Below, in pieces: positions 18,452 to 29,218 of a DNA stretch of 64,000 nt (position 1 is its first letter; every line of letters begins with the position of its first letter). The notes under the pieces are model-generated. The model was not told the origin of the DNA. It did no database searches and saw nothing but the letters and a program-made list of their open reading frames with translations. Source of the DNA: Candidatus Fermentibacterota bacterium (GTDB lineage Bacteria; Fermentibacterota; Fermentibacteria; Fermentibacterales; JCC-6). A program made the position numbers and the translations under genes. The stretch spans positions 384,001-448,000 of the forward strand of contig CAWJQI010000001.1 in NCBI GenBank assembly GCA_963845085.1. Direction: 5' to 3'.

Positions 18452-21400
18452 GTCCTTCGCTCGAAGTCGGAGAGGTTGACCGTTGTCAGGCTGGACACCC
18501 CCTCCTCGGCCATCGTAACGCCGTAAAGGCGATCGGAGGCCTCCATCGACTTCTTGTTGTGGGTCATCACCAGGAACTGGGTGTCGGTGCTGAAGCGTCT
18601 GAGGATGCCCATGAAACTCTCTATGTTGGAGTCGTCGAGCGGCGCGTCGAGCTCGTCGAGGATGCAGAAGGGGCTCGGCTTCACCAGGTACAGGCTGAAC
18701 AGCAGCGCAACGGCGGCCAGAGCCCTCTCCCCGCCCGACAGGGATGTCACGTTCTCGAGCTTCTTTCCCCTCGGTCTGGCCACGATCTGAATGCCCCCCT
18801 CGAGCGGATCGTCAGCATCGAGCGCGATTATGTCGGCCTCGCCTCCGCCGAAAAGCTCGACGAAAACCCTTCTGAAATGGTCCCGAACCTGGGAGAAGGT
18901 TTCCCTGAAGCGAGCCTGAGCCTCCCTGTTGATCTCCGTGATCGCGGTCTCGAGCGACTCCCTCGCCTCTTCGAGGTCGCGGCTCTGTTCGGTAAGGAAG
19001 CCAAGCCTCTCCTCGACCTCGTTGAACTCGTCGACGGCCAGCATGTTCACGGGGCCTATTCCCTCGATGATGCGGTTCTGCCTCTCCTCCTCTTCGCGGA
19101 GTGCCTGGGGGGGCTGGTCCATGAAGGGGTTACCGCCGTCGTCCTCCGGTATCTCGAGACGGAGCGCCGAAACCTTCTCCTCGAGTACGGCGGACTCGTT
19201 CAGCACACTCGTGCGCCTGTCCCGGGCCTGTCCGTGAAGGCTTCTGGCGGTGGCGGACTGCTCTTCGAGGGCGGCGGTCTTCTGGAGCAGCTCGGCCCTC
19301 GCCGTGGCAGCCCTGTTGCGGTTCTCACCGGCCGCATCCCTTTCGCGCCCGAGTACAGCAACCCGCGCTGAAAGCCTTTCAAGGTCTTTCTCGAGGGTGT
19401 TCGCGCCGCGAAGAAGCTCCATGGACGTCCTGTCCAGCTCCTCCCCCGAGGCTGCGGCCGACTCGGCTTCGCCCCGCAACTGCGCTGCCCTCTCCCGAAG
19501 CGAGGCAACACGGTTCGAAGCCTCGCGAAGGTTCATCTCGGCACGTTCCTTTGCCATGAAGACGCCGGCGCTTCTCTCCTTCACCTCGTCCAGGGCTTCC
19601 CCGGCCTTCCTGGTGTTTTCGGACAGGTGATTGAGGCGTTCCTCGGCTTCCCTGATGCCCTCATCGGGGTCGGGCTGGGGCTCAGAGGTCTTGATCAGTC
19701 CGTCGAGCTCGTGCGAGGTGTCCGCGATAGAGCCTTCAAGCGCCGCGAGGCTCCTCTCCATCTCGGACTTGCGGGATACGAGGGCTGCCTCCTGCCGTGA
19801 AAGCTCCGAAAGTGATCTGCGCCTCGACTCGGTGAGTTCCTCTGCCGCGGCAACGCCTTCACCAAGGCTCCCGGCCTTCCCGGCGAGCTCCGATGCCTCG
19901 CGTGAAAGCCCGGCAAGCCTTGCCTCGGCCTGCTCGAGCCGTGCGGAAAGCTCAACGGCACCCGTCCCGCCTTCGGACATACCGAGCCGGACCGTGCCGT
20001 CGGGCATGAGCAGATGCCCCTCGCGCGTGACTATCCCCGCAGCGATCTCTTCCCTGAACCATGAAAGCGCGGTTTCAAGGTCAGGTGCCAGCACGTAGTG
20101 CCGAAGCACCGACTCGGCGACCGGGTTTGCCGTTCGAAGGAACCCGTCCATCCGCTTCGCGCCCCCGGGAAGAACGTCTACGCCGGATCTTCCGCCCACG
20201 GCGTACCTTGCGCCCCCCGCCTCGAGGCCGGGATGGATCCCGGGAACCGGCAGCGCCGACTGGACACCGTCAAGACATGCGCCCACGGCAGCGCCCATCT
20301 CGGGGACGGGGTCAGCCAGGGCGCCGAGCGATTCTCCGCTCCTCGCCTTTTCGAGCGCACTGCGAAGCTCCCCGACCTCCCGGGCGCAGGCTCCCTTGAG
20401 CACGCCGGCCTCACCTGCGAGGAGTGCGGCCGCTGTGGCGGCCTTCCGGGCTTCAGCGAGCGCTGCCAGAGCCTGGTCGAGCAAGGCTGAGGCCTGTTCC
20501 CGCCCGGTGCGGGTGTTGGCCAGGGCGCCCGCCGCCCCTTCGATCGAAGCAACGAGGTTTTCCTTCTCGCGCAGGGCATCCCTTCGCCTCTGCTCAAGCT
20601 CGGCTGTTCTCTGTTTCGCGGCCTCGAAGGCCCGCGCCTTTTCCATGTAACGGTTCCTCGCCTCGGCGAGCATGTCCGTGCATTTCTTCTCTTCGTCCCG
20701 CGCCACGCCCAGAAGGTTTCTGGCTTCCTGTATCGCGGAAGAGCACCCGTCTGCGGCCTTCCCCGCTTCGCGGGCCTCCTCGACCGCCTTCCGTGCCGTT
20801 TCCTCCCAGCGGGCGGCCTCGGCCTCGGCCTCTTCGGCATCCCGCTCGTACTTCAGGGCCCGCTCGCGTTCCCTGGCGCACCTGGCGGTGTTCTCCGACG
20901 CCGTCCGTCTCATTCCCGCCGCACGTTCGAGCGAAACGGCCCTCTCCCGCTCGAGCGAGGCGATCTCGGATTCGACCGCGGCGCACCGGGCGTGCGCTTC
21001 GTCGAGCTGTGTCTGCGCGGTCCCAAGGCGTATCCTGCCTTCGGCAAGGGCGGTCTCGAGCGAGGAGAGCGCCGCGGACTGCGAAGCCTCTTCGGCAGCG
21101 GCCCTGGCGAGCTCCTTCCGGGCAGCCGTCAGCCTCTCCTCGAGCTGCAGCAGCTCGCCCGAGGCAATGGCGGACCTTATGCGGTCTATCGTGCTGCGGG
21201 CCTTCTCGTAGCGTTTGAACGAGGCCAGCTGCTTCTTCAGCACGCCGTGATTCCGCTCGACTTCCGAGATGATGTCGGAAAGACGTTCAAGGTCTGTTCC
21301 GGCGGTTTCAAGCTTCAACCCCGCTCGGTGCCGCTGTATCTTGTACCGTCCGATTCCCGCAGCCTCGTCGAAAAGCTCGCGGCGGTCTTCGGCACGGGGG

Positions 21401-21852
21401 GAGAGGATGGTCTTCACCATCTCGGCCTCGAGTATCCAGTATCCCGCGCTCCCGAGACCACGGTCGACGATGAGGTCGGTAACGTCCATGAGGCGGCAGC
21501 GGCTGCCGTTTATCATGTACTCGCTGACGCCTGAACGGAACAGCCTCCGTGTGACCGAAACCTCGTCGAAGTCGAGTGAGAGCGACCTGTCCGAGTTGTC
21601 GAACGTTACGGTTACCTCGGCCATTCCAAGGGGTTTCCTTCCGGAACTTCCCTTGAAGATCACGTCCTCCATGACGTCGGCCCTGATCTGCTTCGCGCTC
21701 TGTGTGCCCAGGACCCAGCGGAGGGAGTCGGCGACATTGCTCTTCCCGCACCCGTTGGGACCCACCACCGCGCTGATGCCCGGCTCGAAGTCCATGATGA
21801 ACGGGTCGGCGAAAGATTTGAACCCAAGTATTTCAAGGCGTTTCAGGCGCAT
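18448..21852 (-). CDS. smc: Chromosome segregation protein SMC
   Basis: GFKSFAD, GPNGCGKSN, long coiled coils, LSGGERAL, LDELDAPLD. Confidence 0.96.
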   Translation of the reverse strand: MRLKRLEILGFKSFADPFIMDFEPGISAVVGPNGCGKSNVADSLRWVLGTQSAKQIRADVMEDVIFKGSSGRKPLGMAEVTVTFDNSDRSLSLDFDEVSVTRRLFRSGVSEYMINGSRCRLMDVTDLIVDRGLGSAGYWILEAEMVKTILSPRAEDRRELFDEAAGIGRYKIQRHRAGLKLETAGTDLERLSDIISEVERNHGVLKKQLASFKRYEKARSTIDRIRSAIASGELLQLEERLTAARKELARAAAEEASQSAALSSLETALAEGRIRLGTAQTQLDEAHARCAAVESEIASLERERAVSLERAAGMRRTASENTARCARERERALKYERDAEEAEAEAARWEETARKAVEEAREAGKAADGCSSAIQEARNLLGVARDEEKKCTDMLAEARNRYMEKARAFEAAKQRTAELEQRRRDALREKENLVASIEGAAGALANTRTGREQASALLDQALAALAEARKAATAAALLAGEAGVLKGACAREVGELRSALEKARSGESLGALADPVPEMGAAVGACLDGVQSALPVPGIHPGLEAGGARYAVGGRSGVDVLPGGAKRMDGFLRTANPVAESVLRHYVLAPDLETALSWFREEIAAGIVTREGHLLMPDGTVRLGMSEGGTGAVELSARLEQAEARLAGLSREASELAGKAGSLGEGVAAAEELTESRRRSLSELSRQEAALVSRKSEMERSLAALEGSIADTSHELDGLIKTSEPQPDPDEGIREAEERLNHLSENTRKAGEALDEVKERSAGVFMAKERAEMNLREASNRVASLRERAAQLRGEAESAAASGEELDRTSMELLRGANTLEKDLERLSARVAVLGRERDAAGENRNRAATARAELLQKTAALEEQSATARSLHGQARDRRTSVLNESAVLEEKVSALRLEIPEDDGGNPFMDQPPQALREEEERQNRIIEGIGPVNMLAVDEFNEVEERLGFLTEQSRDLEEARESLETAITEINREAQARFRETFSQVRDHFRRVFVELFGGGEADIIALDADDPLEGGIQIVARPRGKKLENVTSLSGGERALAAVALLFSLYLVKPSPFCILDELDAPLDDSNIESFMGILRRFSTDTQFLVMTHNKKSMEASDRLYGVTMAEEGVSSLTTVNLSDFERRT

Positions 21853-22409
21853 CGGCGGGACTCCGTTCGGACAAGCCCGGGAAAGGCGGTCAGGTAGTCG
21901 ACAAGGCTGAGCAGTACGGCGGCCATTGCGGCCATTCCCAGAAGGTCAGCCCCGGGCAGGAGTTCAGGTGGAAGCGCCGCTCCGGGAAGGAATGCCTGCC
22001 TCGTCAGGAACAGCGCCATCAGTACTGTCGAAATCTTCCCCGACAGGCGTGCCGAGGGGGGTTTGACCCGTCGGGCCAGGAAAAGGCCGCCCGTGCCTAT
22101 GAGCAGGTCGCGGGAGATGAGAACAACAAGTATCCAGAGTTCAAGTGCGCCAACGTGGACCAGCGCCCATGCAAAAAGCGCGAATGCTATCTTGTCGGCA
22201 AGCGGATCGAGTATCCTGCCCCAGTCGCTGACCGTCTTGGTGCGCCTTGCGACCAGGCCGTCGAGCCAGTCCGTCGCGATGGCGAGGAAGACGAACACCC
22301 CGGCGGGAAGCGGCATGCGGGCAACAAGGAAGAGCGATGCGGCGCCGCCGAGCGGGATCCTCGCGATGCTCAGGAAATTCGCACGGGTCAGGAACCTGCC
22401 CTCAGCCAT
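21843..22409 (-). CDS. pgsA: CDP-alcohol phosphatidyltransferase (PgsA-like)
   Basis: TDWLDGLVARR..SDWGRILDPLADK signature. Confidence 0.85.
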   Translation of the reverse strand: MAEGRFLTRANFLSIARIPLGGAASLFLVARMPLPAGVFVFLAIATDWLDGLVARRTKTVSDWGRILDPLADKIAFALFAWALVHVGALELWILVVLISRDLLIGTGGLFLARRVKPPSARLSGKISTVLMALFLTRQAFLPGAALPPELLPGADLLGMAAMAAVLLSLVDYLTAFPGLVRTESRRCA

Positions 22410-24027
22410 TGCGCCTCGGCACAACTATGCTCCGGGCGTGCTGAAGGGCAGCTTCGCCGCCGCCGAGCAGCCTGGCCAGCTCGCGCACCCGCTCCTCGTC
22501 ATCGGTGAGCACGCGCGTGCCCGACTCGGGCATGCCGTTCACGATCCTCTTCTCGACGACGATGTTCCGGTCGGCCCGTCCTGCAACCTGTGCCAGGTGC
22601 GTGATGACGATGACCTGTCGGCCCTCGCCCGCCCTGGCGAGTGATTCACCCAGGCTGTGCGCTGTTTCGCCGCCGGTTCCGGAATCGATCTCGTCGAACA
22701 CCAGTGTGGAAACCCCCGAAGCTCCCGCAAGCGCAAGCTCGAGCGCAAGGGCAACCCTCGAGAGCTCGCCCCCGCTCGCTATGGATGCGAGCGGACCGGG
22801 AGGCATGCCGGGATTGGCCGTGAACATGAACTCGGGTTCGGAAAGCCCGTTCGGCCCCGTCAGGAGACCGCACGCTTCGACCCCTTTGGCCGCCCTGGTG
22901 AAGCCCACGCTGAAGGCGGCGGACGGCATCCGAAGCATGGAAAGCTCGGAGTTTGCGCATTGGGCAAGTTTCACGGCAGCCTCGGTGCGGGCGCTCTCAA
23001 GTTCGCCTGCGCAGTCGGCGAGTTCCCGCTCGAGCAATGGCTTTCTGGCTTCAAGGCTGGCAAGCTCCTCCTCGAGGGCTTCCATCCCCTCGAGCTCGGC
23101 GCCGAGCCGCTCGCCTGTTCCAAGCATCTTCTCCAGGCTGCCGCCCGTTCTGCTTATCAGCCTTGCGTATGCATCCAGCCTTTCGTCCATCTCGGCGACC
23201 CTGCCTGGCGCGTCCTCGAACTCGCCGAGAAGGGCGCGACCCAGCCGGGCGGCCTCGGATGCGCAGATTCCGCTCTGGGAGAGGAGTTCGAGCAGTTCCT
23301 CCTGGCCGGGATCGGCGTTCCGGATCCCCCTCTCAAGACCCGCAAGCCTTCCGATGAAACCGCCGTCGCCCTCGAGCGCCTCGGCAAGTCCGCTGTAAAG
23401 CAGTGCAAGCTCCTGGGCCTTTTCAAGTCTGGACCTCTCCTCCCTCAGGGTCTCGTAGTCTTCGCGGGTGGGCTTGAGCTTCCTGAACAGCTCGAGCTCG
23501 TGAAGCAGTATCTCCCGGCGCGCGGCAGCGCCCGAGAGAATGCCCGAAAGTTCGGAGGTTCGGGCCGAAAGGGCCCTGAACCCGCTGTACAGCCCGGCGT
23601 AGCGTTCCGCGAGGGCGCGGCACCCGGCGAAGCCGTCGAGGATGGAAACCTGCATGGGCTGCCTGAGCAGCGCGGGGGTTGAACGCTGGGTGTGAAGGCC
23701 CATTCTCCCGGAGAGGGCATTCTGCACCTCATCGAGAGTGCTGAGGGCGTCGTCGATGAAGACCCTGCTCCGCCCCTCCGCGAAAACCTCGCGGCGTATG
23801 CAGAGCCCGCCCCGCTCATCGCTGAAGAACGCCTCGACCGAGGCGAGCCTGGCGCCGGGACGGACAAGGGACTTGTCGGCCCTGACACCCATCGCAAGAA
23901 GCAGGCCGTCGATGAGGATCGACTTGCCCGCGCCGGTCTCGCCGGTGAGCACGTTCAGCCCCGGCCCCGGCTCGAGAACGGTGTCGCTTATGGTGGCCAG
24001 GTTCGAGAGCGCGAGCCTGTTCAGCAT
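22402..24027 (-). CDS. recN: DNA repair protein RecN
   Basis: LTGETGAGKSIL, ASGGELSR, FDEIDSG, ITHLAQVA. Confidence 0.95.
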   Translation of the reverse strand: MLNRLALSNLATISDTVLEPGPGLNVLTGETGAGKSILIDGLLLAMGVRADKSLVRPGARLASVEAFFSDERGGLCIRREVFAEGRSRVFIDDALSTLDEVQNALSGRMGLHTQRSTPALLRQPMQVSILDGFAGCRALAERYAGLYSGFRALSARTSELSGILSGAAARREILLHELELFRKLKPTREDYETLREERSRLEKAQELALLYSGLAEALEGDGGFIGRLAGLERGIRNADPGQEELLELLSQSGICASEAARLGRALLGEFEDAPGRVAEMDERLDAYARLISRTGGSLEKMLGTGERLGAELEGMEALEEELASLEARKPLLERELADCAGELESARTEAAVKLAQCANSELSMLRMPSAAFSVGFTRAAKGVEACGLLTGPNGLSEPEFMFTANPGMPPGPLASIASGGELSRVALALELALAGASGVSTLVFDEIDSGTGGETAHSLGESLARAGEGRQVIVITHLAQVAGRADRNIVVEKRIVNGMPESGTRVLTDDEERVRELARLLGGGEAALQHARSIVVPRRNG

Positions 24028-24028
24028 G

Positions 24029-24808
24029 TCATCCCCTGAAGCTCCATCCCAGTTTCCTGCCGAGCCTGAGGTAGTAGCCCTCCTCGCCCGGGAGGCGGAC
24101 GATCTGCCTGTTTCCCGAGGCCCTCGACACGGTGACGCCCTCGCCGTCGGCGATGATGCATCCCGACTGCCTGCCGTCGGGGCTGACCAGGGCCTTGTCG
24201 CCCGGACCGTGGAGTGTGATGGAGACGGAGGCGGAAAGAGGTATCACGATGGGCCTGAGGGAAAGAAGATGCGGGCACACCGGGGTTATGACCATCGCGG
24301 AGAGGTTCGGATGCAAAATGGGGCCTCCGCAGGAGAGGCTGTAGGCGGTGGAGCCGGAAGGGGTGGACACCAGAACGCCGTCACCGGTCAGCGCGGCCGC
24401 CAGCTGCCCGTTCACACCCACGCCCATGTGCAGAAGGCCGTAGTCCGAGCACCTGTGAACGCAGATGTCGTTGACTGCTGTGTACTCGGTCCCGTCGGAC
24501 AGCCTTGCGGAAAGCATCGGAAGCTCCTGCAGGTGGTAGTCGCCGGTGGCAAGGCTGGCTGCCGCCGAGGCGAGCTCGCCCTCGTCGCAGGAAGAGAGAA
24601 AACCCATGTGGCCGGCGTTTACAGCCAGCACTGGAACGGAGAACTGGTTGAAGCACTTCAGGAAGGCTCCGTCGCCCCCGATGGCCACCACGATCTCGGG
24701 ATCGGTCCCGGTGACCGAAATGCCCGCGCTGGCGAGGATCTTCTCCGCAGCATCGTGCTTCCCCTCGAGAAAGGGGGCGTAGACGAGTGCGCTCGACACC
24801 GGCTTCAC
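24029..24808 (-). CDS. nadK: NAD kinase
   Basis: IGGDG, NAGHMGFL, AVND, DGVLVSTPSGSTAYSLSCGGP. Confidence 0.94.
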   Translation of the reverse strand: MKPVSSALVYAPFLEGKHDAAEKILASAGISVTGTDPEIVVAIGGDGAFLKCFNQFSVPVLAVNAGHMGFLSSCDEGELASAAASLATGDYHLQELPMLSARLSDGTEYTAVNDICVHRCSDYGLLHMGVGVNGQLAAALTGDGVLVSTPSGSTAYSLSCGGPILHPNLSAMVITPVCPHLLSLRPIVIPLSASVSITLHGPGDKALVSPDGRQSGCIIADGEGVTVSRASGNRQIVRLPGEEGYYLRLGRKLGWSFRG

Positions 24809-26649
24809 CTGAAACCTCCCGTCACGCGGACGGCCCGCGCAATACCCTCGGCATCGAGGCCGATCCTGGAAAGGATGCTCATATGGTTCCCGTGGGGCTG
24901 GAAATCGTCGGGAATGCCGAGGCTCGTCACGGTGGTCCCGTGGAGCAGCGCCTGCACTCCCTCTCCGAAGCCTCCTGCGAGGCAGCCCTCCTCGACCGTC
25001 ACGACAGCGGATACACCCCGGGCCAGCAGCTCGATCTCATCGGACGGCATCGGTTTGAGCCATACCGGGTCAAACACTGCGGCGGAAATTCCCTCGGCGG
25101 CCAGCAGGTCCGACGCCTTCACTGCGAGCGGTACCATTGTGCCCGCGGCGACGATGAGCGCATCGGAACCCGGCCTGATGAGCTGGCCGTGGCCGGGGGA
25201 CAGGTCTTCCGGAGGCGGTGCGACCCGCTCGGGCTCGAGCCCCCTCGGGTAACGCAGGGCGGTGGGCTGTGAAAGCCCGGGAAGGATATGGCGGAGGAGC
25301 GCTTCAAGGACCGCACAATCCCTCGGTGCGGCGATCTGCGTTCCAGGGACCTGGCGGAACATCGAAATGTCGTGCAGACCGTGGTGCGTTGGTCCGTCGG
25401 CCCCGACGATGCCGGCCCTGTCCAGTGCAAAGAGCACGGGCGCCTTCTGGAGTGCGGCATCGTGTATGAGCTGGTCGAACGATCTCTGGAAGAATGAGCT
25501 GTAGATGGCCACCACGGGCTTAAGCCCCCCGAAGGCGAGGCCGCAGGCGAAGGTGACGGCATGCTGCTCGGCGATCCCGACATCGAAGAAGCGCAGGGGG
25601 TACTGCCTGGCGAAGGGCGCAAGCCCGGTGCCGTCGGGCATTGCGGCCGTGATGGCAACAATGGATTCGTCGGCGCCCGCCATTTCGGAGAGCACCCTGC
25701 CGAACACCGAGGTGAAACTCTGCCCGGGGGATGCGCCGGTTGCACCGCTGATGCCGTGGAAGTCGACCGGTTCGCATTCGGCTGGTTCGTAACCCTTGCC
25801 TTTTGTAGTCACAACGTGCACCAGAACCGGGCCGCGCAGTTCCTTCACCCGTGAGAGCACGGCGGTGAGAAGCGGCAGGTCATGGCCGTCGACCGGGCCG
25901 ATGTAGCGCACGCCGAACTCGTCGAAAACGTTCACGGGGTTGATGATGGTCTTCTTCACCGCGGCGCCCGCGTACCCGGCGGCCCTTCGCACGGTTTCGC
26001 CGACCGAGGGAAGCTTGCCCAGCTTGTTCCAGACCTCGTCCTTCAGCCGGTTGTACCTCGGATCGGTGATGAGCTTCGTGAAATGCCTGCTCAGCGCCCC
26101 GACGTTGGGGGAGATGGACATCCTGTTGTCGTTCAGGATCACCGTCATGTCGGTTCGGCTCTGGCCGAGGTTGTTCAGCCCCTCGAATGCGAGGCCCGCA
26201 GTCATCGAGCCGTCGCCGATGACCGCTATCACCCGGTGCGATTCTGCGCGCAGGTCGCGCGCCAGGGCAAAGCCCAGGGCGGCGCTTATCGAAGTCGAGC
26301 TGTGGCCCGTGCCGAAGCTGTCGCACACGCTCTCGTCGCGCCTCGGGAAGCCGCTCAGCCCCCCTGCCTGCCTCACGGTGTGAAAACGGGTCCGCCTGCC
26401 GGTGAGAAGCTTCCAGGGATAGGTCTGATGGCCCACATCCCACACTATCCTGTCGATCTCGGGGTTGAAGACGGAGAGCAGTGCGATCGTGAGTTCGACG
26501 ACCCCGAGGCTCGAGGCGAGATGACCGCCCGTGCAGAACACCACATCGACGATCCTTCGGCGCACCTCCGCTGCGAGGACGGTTTTCTCCTCGGGGCTGA
26601 GCGCTGCAACGTCGGCAGGTGTGCAGATCCTGTCAAGAATGGAATCCAT
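24805..26649 (-). CDS. dxs: 1-deoxy-D-xylulose-5-phosphate synthase
   Basis: GGHLASSLG, WDVGHQ, GHSSTSISA, GDGSMTAG, GIAEQHA, DGPTHHG; start MDSIL after AGGAGG. Confidence 0.96.
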   Translation of the reverse strand: MDSILDRICTPADVAALSPEEKTVLAAEVRRRIVDVVFCTGGHLASSLGVVELTIALLSVFNPEIDRIVWDVGHQTYPWKLLTGRRTRFHTVRQAGGLSGFPRRDESVCDSFGTGHSSTSISAALGFALARDLRAESHRVIAVIGDGSMTAGLAFEGLNNLGQSRTDMTVILNDNRMSISPNVGALSRHFTKLITDPRYNRLKDEVWNKLGKLPSVGETVRRAAGYAGAAVKKTIINPVNVFDEFGVRYIGPVDGHDLPLLTAVLSRVKELRGPVLVHVVTTKGKGYEPAECEPVDFHGISGATGASPGQSFTSVFGRVLSEMAGADESIVAITAAMPDGTGLAPFARQYPLRFFDVGIAEQHAVTFACGLAFGGLKPVVAIYSSFFQRSFDQLIHDAALQKAPVLFALDRAGIVGADGPTHHGLHDISMFRQVPGTQIAAPRDCAVLEALLRHILPGLSQPTALRYPRGLEPERVAPPPEDLSPGHGQLIRPGSDALIVAAGTMVPLAVKASDLLAAEGISAAVFDPVWLKPMPSDEIELLARGVSAVVTVEEGCLAGGFGEGVQALLHGTTVTSLGIPDDFQPHGNHMSILSRIGLDAEGIARAVRVTGGFR

Positions 26650-27524
26650 CAGCTCCTCCTGCGGGGGAGGTGAAGGCAGAGCGCAGAGATCGCGTCCCAC
26701 CCGTCTCCAAGTGCCGTGAACGCCAGGGAAAGGGCCAGCGCTTCACCCGCGGCTCGTTCGACTGCGCCATCGATCCCCATGGCGGTGACGGGGTTCCACT
26801 TGCCAAGGGCGGCGTCCTTGCCCACAGCCTTGCCCATCTCGTCGGGGGAACCCGTGACGTCCAGTATGTCATCGGTGAGCTGGAAAAGGAACCCGAGCCT
26901 CTCCCCCAGCACCGAGAGCTCCTGCAGCAGCTCTGAGGACGCGCCCGCCGACAGGGCGCCGAGCTCGAGTGAAACCCTCAGCAGGGCGGCGGTCTTCCCG
27001 CCAACCATTCGTGTTATCCAGGGCTCATCGGCATCGGGCGGGGGAAACATGTCCATGAATTGCCCGCCGACGAGGCATGAAGCGCCTGCAGCCTCGGCAA
27101 GGCGCAGCACCATCACCCTGATCCTTTCGGGAGGACCCGGTGTGAGTGAAAGGGTGCGGAAAGCCTCGACGAGAAGCCTGTCGCCCGCAAGAATGGCGGC
27201 CGATTCGCCGGAATGCTTGTGAAGGGTGGGCATGCCCCTGCGCGTGTCGTCGTTGTCCATTGAGGGTAGGTCGTCGTGCACAAGGGAGTAGGTGTGAACC
27301 ATCTCAACCGCGCAGGCTGCCGGAAGGCACCGTTCGGGTTCGCCCCCGAGCGCCTGGCAGGCTTCGCGGACAAGGAAGGGCCTCAGGCGCTTCCCCCCTG
27401 TCGAGAGGGCGTACCTGCAGTGTCCGGGCAGGGAGGTTCCGTCGCCGTACATCGCAAGCGAGTCAAGGCCGTTCCCGACCCATTCGGCGGCGGTATCCAG
27501 CCGGCTTTTCAGCAGAGGATCCAT
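26649..27524 (-). CDS. ispA: Polyprenyl (farnesyl) diphosphate synthase
   Basis: GGKRLRP, YSLVHDDLPSMDNDDTRRG, FQLTDDILD. Confidence 0.93.
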   Translation of the reverse strand: MDPLLKSRLDTAAEWVGNGLDSLAMYGDGTSLPGHCRYALSTGGKRLRPFLVREACQALGGEPERCLPAACAVEMVHTYSLVHDDLPSMDNDDTRRGMPTLHKHSGESAAILAGDRLLVEAFRTLSLTPGPPERIRVMVLRLAEAAGASCLVGGQFMDMFPPPDADEPWITRMVGGKTAALLRVSLELGALSAGASSELLQELSVLGERLGFLFQLTDDILDVTGSPDEMGKAVGKDAALGKWNPVTAMGIDGAVERAAGEALALSLAFTALGDGWDAISALCLHLPRRRS

Positions 27525-27549
27525 CTCCCCTTCCCAAACCCCGACGGCC

Positions 27550-29112
27550 TCATCGGGCCGTCTCGGAAGCCCGAACCTCCCTGATCACGGTGACCTTGAT
27601 CTGGCCCGGGTACTCCATCTCGCTCTCTATCTTCCTTGCGATCTCGCGTGCAAGGTCGGAAGCGCCGGCGTCGTCGATCTGCTCAGGCTTCACGGCGATG
27701 CGGAGTTCGCGGCCGGCCTGGATGGCGTAGGACTTGCCGACGCCCTCGAACGAGTCTGCAATGGCCTCGAGCTTGTGGAGCCTTCTGATGTAGAGCTCAA
27801 GGGTTTCGCGCCTTGCGCCCGGCCTTGCGCTGCTGACCGCGTCGGCGGCCTGCACGAGCACGGCGTAAAGGCTTGTGGGCTCGATCTCCTCGTGGTGGGC
27901 GCCGATGGCGTTGCAGACAAGCATCTGTTCATCGAACCTGCGCGCGAGCTCCATCCCGACAATGGCATGCGAGCCTTCAAGTTCCTGATCCGTTGCCTTG
28001 CCGATGTCGTGCAGCAGGCCGACCCTTCTTGCAATGGCGGGGTCAAGCTTGAGCTCGCTCGCAAGAAGGCCGCATATGTGGGCGACCTCCAGCGAGTGCT
28101 GGTACATGTTCTGGCCGTAGCTGGTGCGGTACCTGAGACGGCCGAGGTGCCGGATGAGCTGGGCGTGAAGGCCCGGAACGTTCGCCTCGAGCGACAGTTC
28201 GTTGCCCAGCTTGCGGATCTTCTTCTCCATGTCGGCCTGGGCCTTCTGGACAATGCCCTCGATGCGGCCCGGGTGGATTCTGCCGTCGGTGATGAGCTTC
28301 TCGAGCGCCTGCCTGGCCACCTCGCGGCGGACCGGGTCGAAACAGGAAAGAACAACAGCCTCGGGGGTGTCGTCGATCACAACGTCCACCCCGGTGGCGC
28401 TCTCGAAGGCCCTGATGTTCCGCCCCTCCCGGCCTATGATGCGCCCCTTCAGCTCGTCGCTGGCAAGGTTCACCACCGAGACGCAGTTCTCAACGACATG
28501 GTTGGCGGCGCACCGCTGCACGGAGGTGGAGAGGATCATCGTGGCCTTCTCCTCCGCAGACCTTTCCGCCTCCTCGATTATCCCTCGGGTGATCTTGGCG
28601 GCCTCGTGACGGGCCTCTTCGCGGAGGCTCGTGAGGAGAAGGTTCCTGGCCTCGTCGCGGGTCAGCATGGATATCTCTTCAAGCCGCTGGTTGTGATCCT
28701 CAATGAGCTTGCTGGCGCGCAGATGCTTGGCGTTCAGGGCCTGTTCCTTCTCGGCGAGGACCGTTTCAAGCCCCTTCAGGGACTCGGCCCTTGCCTCGAT
28801 GGTCTCCCGGTTCCTCTGGATCTGCTCGAGCTGCCTGTTGAGGTTGTTCTCGCGCCGGTCGAGGTCGGACTGCACCTGGCGCAGCTTTTCGAGCTGCGAG
28901 GCCTTTTCACCGGCAATTACTTCCCTGCCCTCGAGAAGGGCTTCCTTTTTCAGGGTTTCGGCCTCGCGCCTGCCTTCGCTGAGAATCCGCTCCACCTCTG
29001 ACATCGCGCCCTTGCGCTCCCTGGAAACCAGGGTCTTGTGAAGCACGAACCCAAGGAAGAAGACAATAACCGCACCCAGTCCCACGATGGCGTATATCAT
29101 CGCATCCCCCAT
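27550..29112 (-). CDS. rny: Ribonuclease Y
   Basis: N-terminal TM, coiled coil, KH (KGRIIGREGRNIR), HD (LLHDIGK); start may be 29100. Confidence 0.96.
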   Translation of the reverse strand: MGDAMIYAIVGLGAVIVFFLGFVLHKTLVSRERKGAMSEVERILSEGRREAETLKKEALLEGREVIAGEKASQLEKLRQVQSDLDRRENNLNRQLEQIQRNRETIEARAESLKGLETVLAEKEQALNAKHLRASKLIEDHNQRLEEISMLTRDEARNLLLTSLREEARHEAAKITRGIIEEAERSAEEKATMILSTSVQRCAANHVVENCVSVVNLASDELKGRIIGREGRNIRAFESATGVDVVIDDTPEAVVLSCFDPVRREVARQALEKLITDGRIHPGRIEGIVQKAQADMEKKIRKLGNELSLEANVPGLHAQLIRHLGRLRYRTSYGQNMYQHSLEVAHICGLLASELKLDPAIARRVGLLHDIGKATDQELEGSHAIVGMELARRFDEQMLVCNAIGAHHEEIEPTSLYAVLVQAADAVSSARPGARRETLELYIRRLHKLEAIADSFEGVGKSYAIQAGRELRIAVKPEQIDDAGASDLAREIARKIESEMEYPGQIKVTVIREVRASETAR

Positions 29113-29141
29113 TCATCAGGCGCAGGATTATTTATAGGTAT

Positions 29142-29213
29142 CGGAAACCAGGCGGCGCTCTAAAAGCGCGTCCCAGCGGCCCTGCGCACACCGCAGCGGG
29201 CACCGGGTTTCCG
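29142..29213 (-). ncRNA. Candidate structured RNA between zapA and rny (6S RNA position)
   Basis: Closing stem cggaaaccagg (29142-29152) / ccgggtttccg (29203-29213) enclosing two internal hairpins; ssrS commonly lies right after zapA. Confidence 0.4.
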
Positions 29214-29218
29214 CAGTG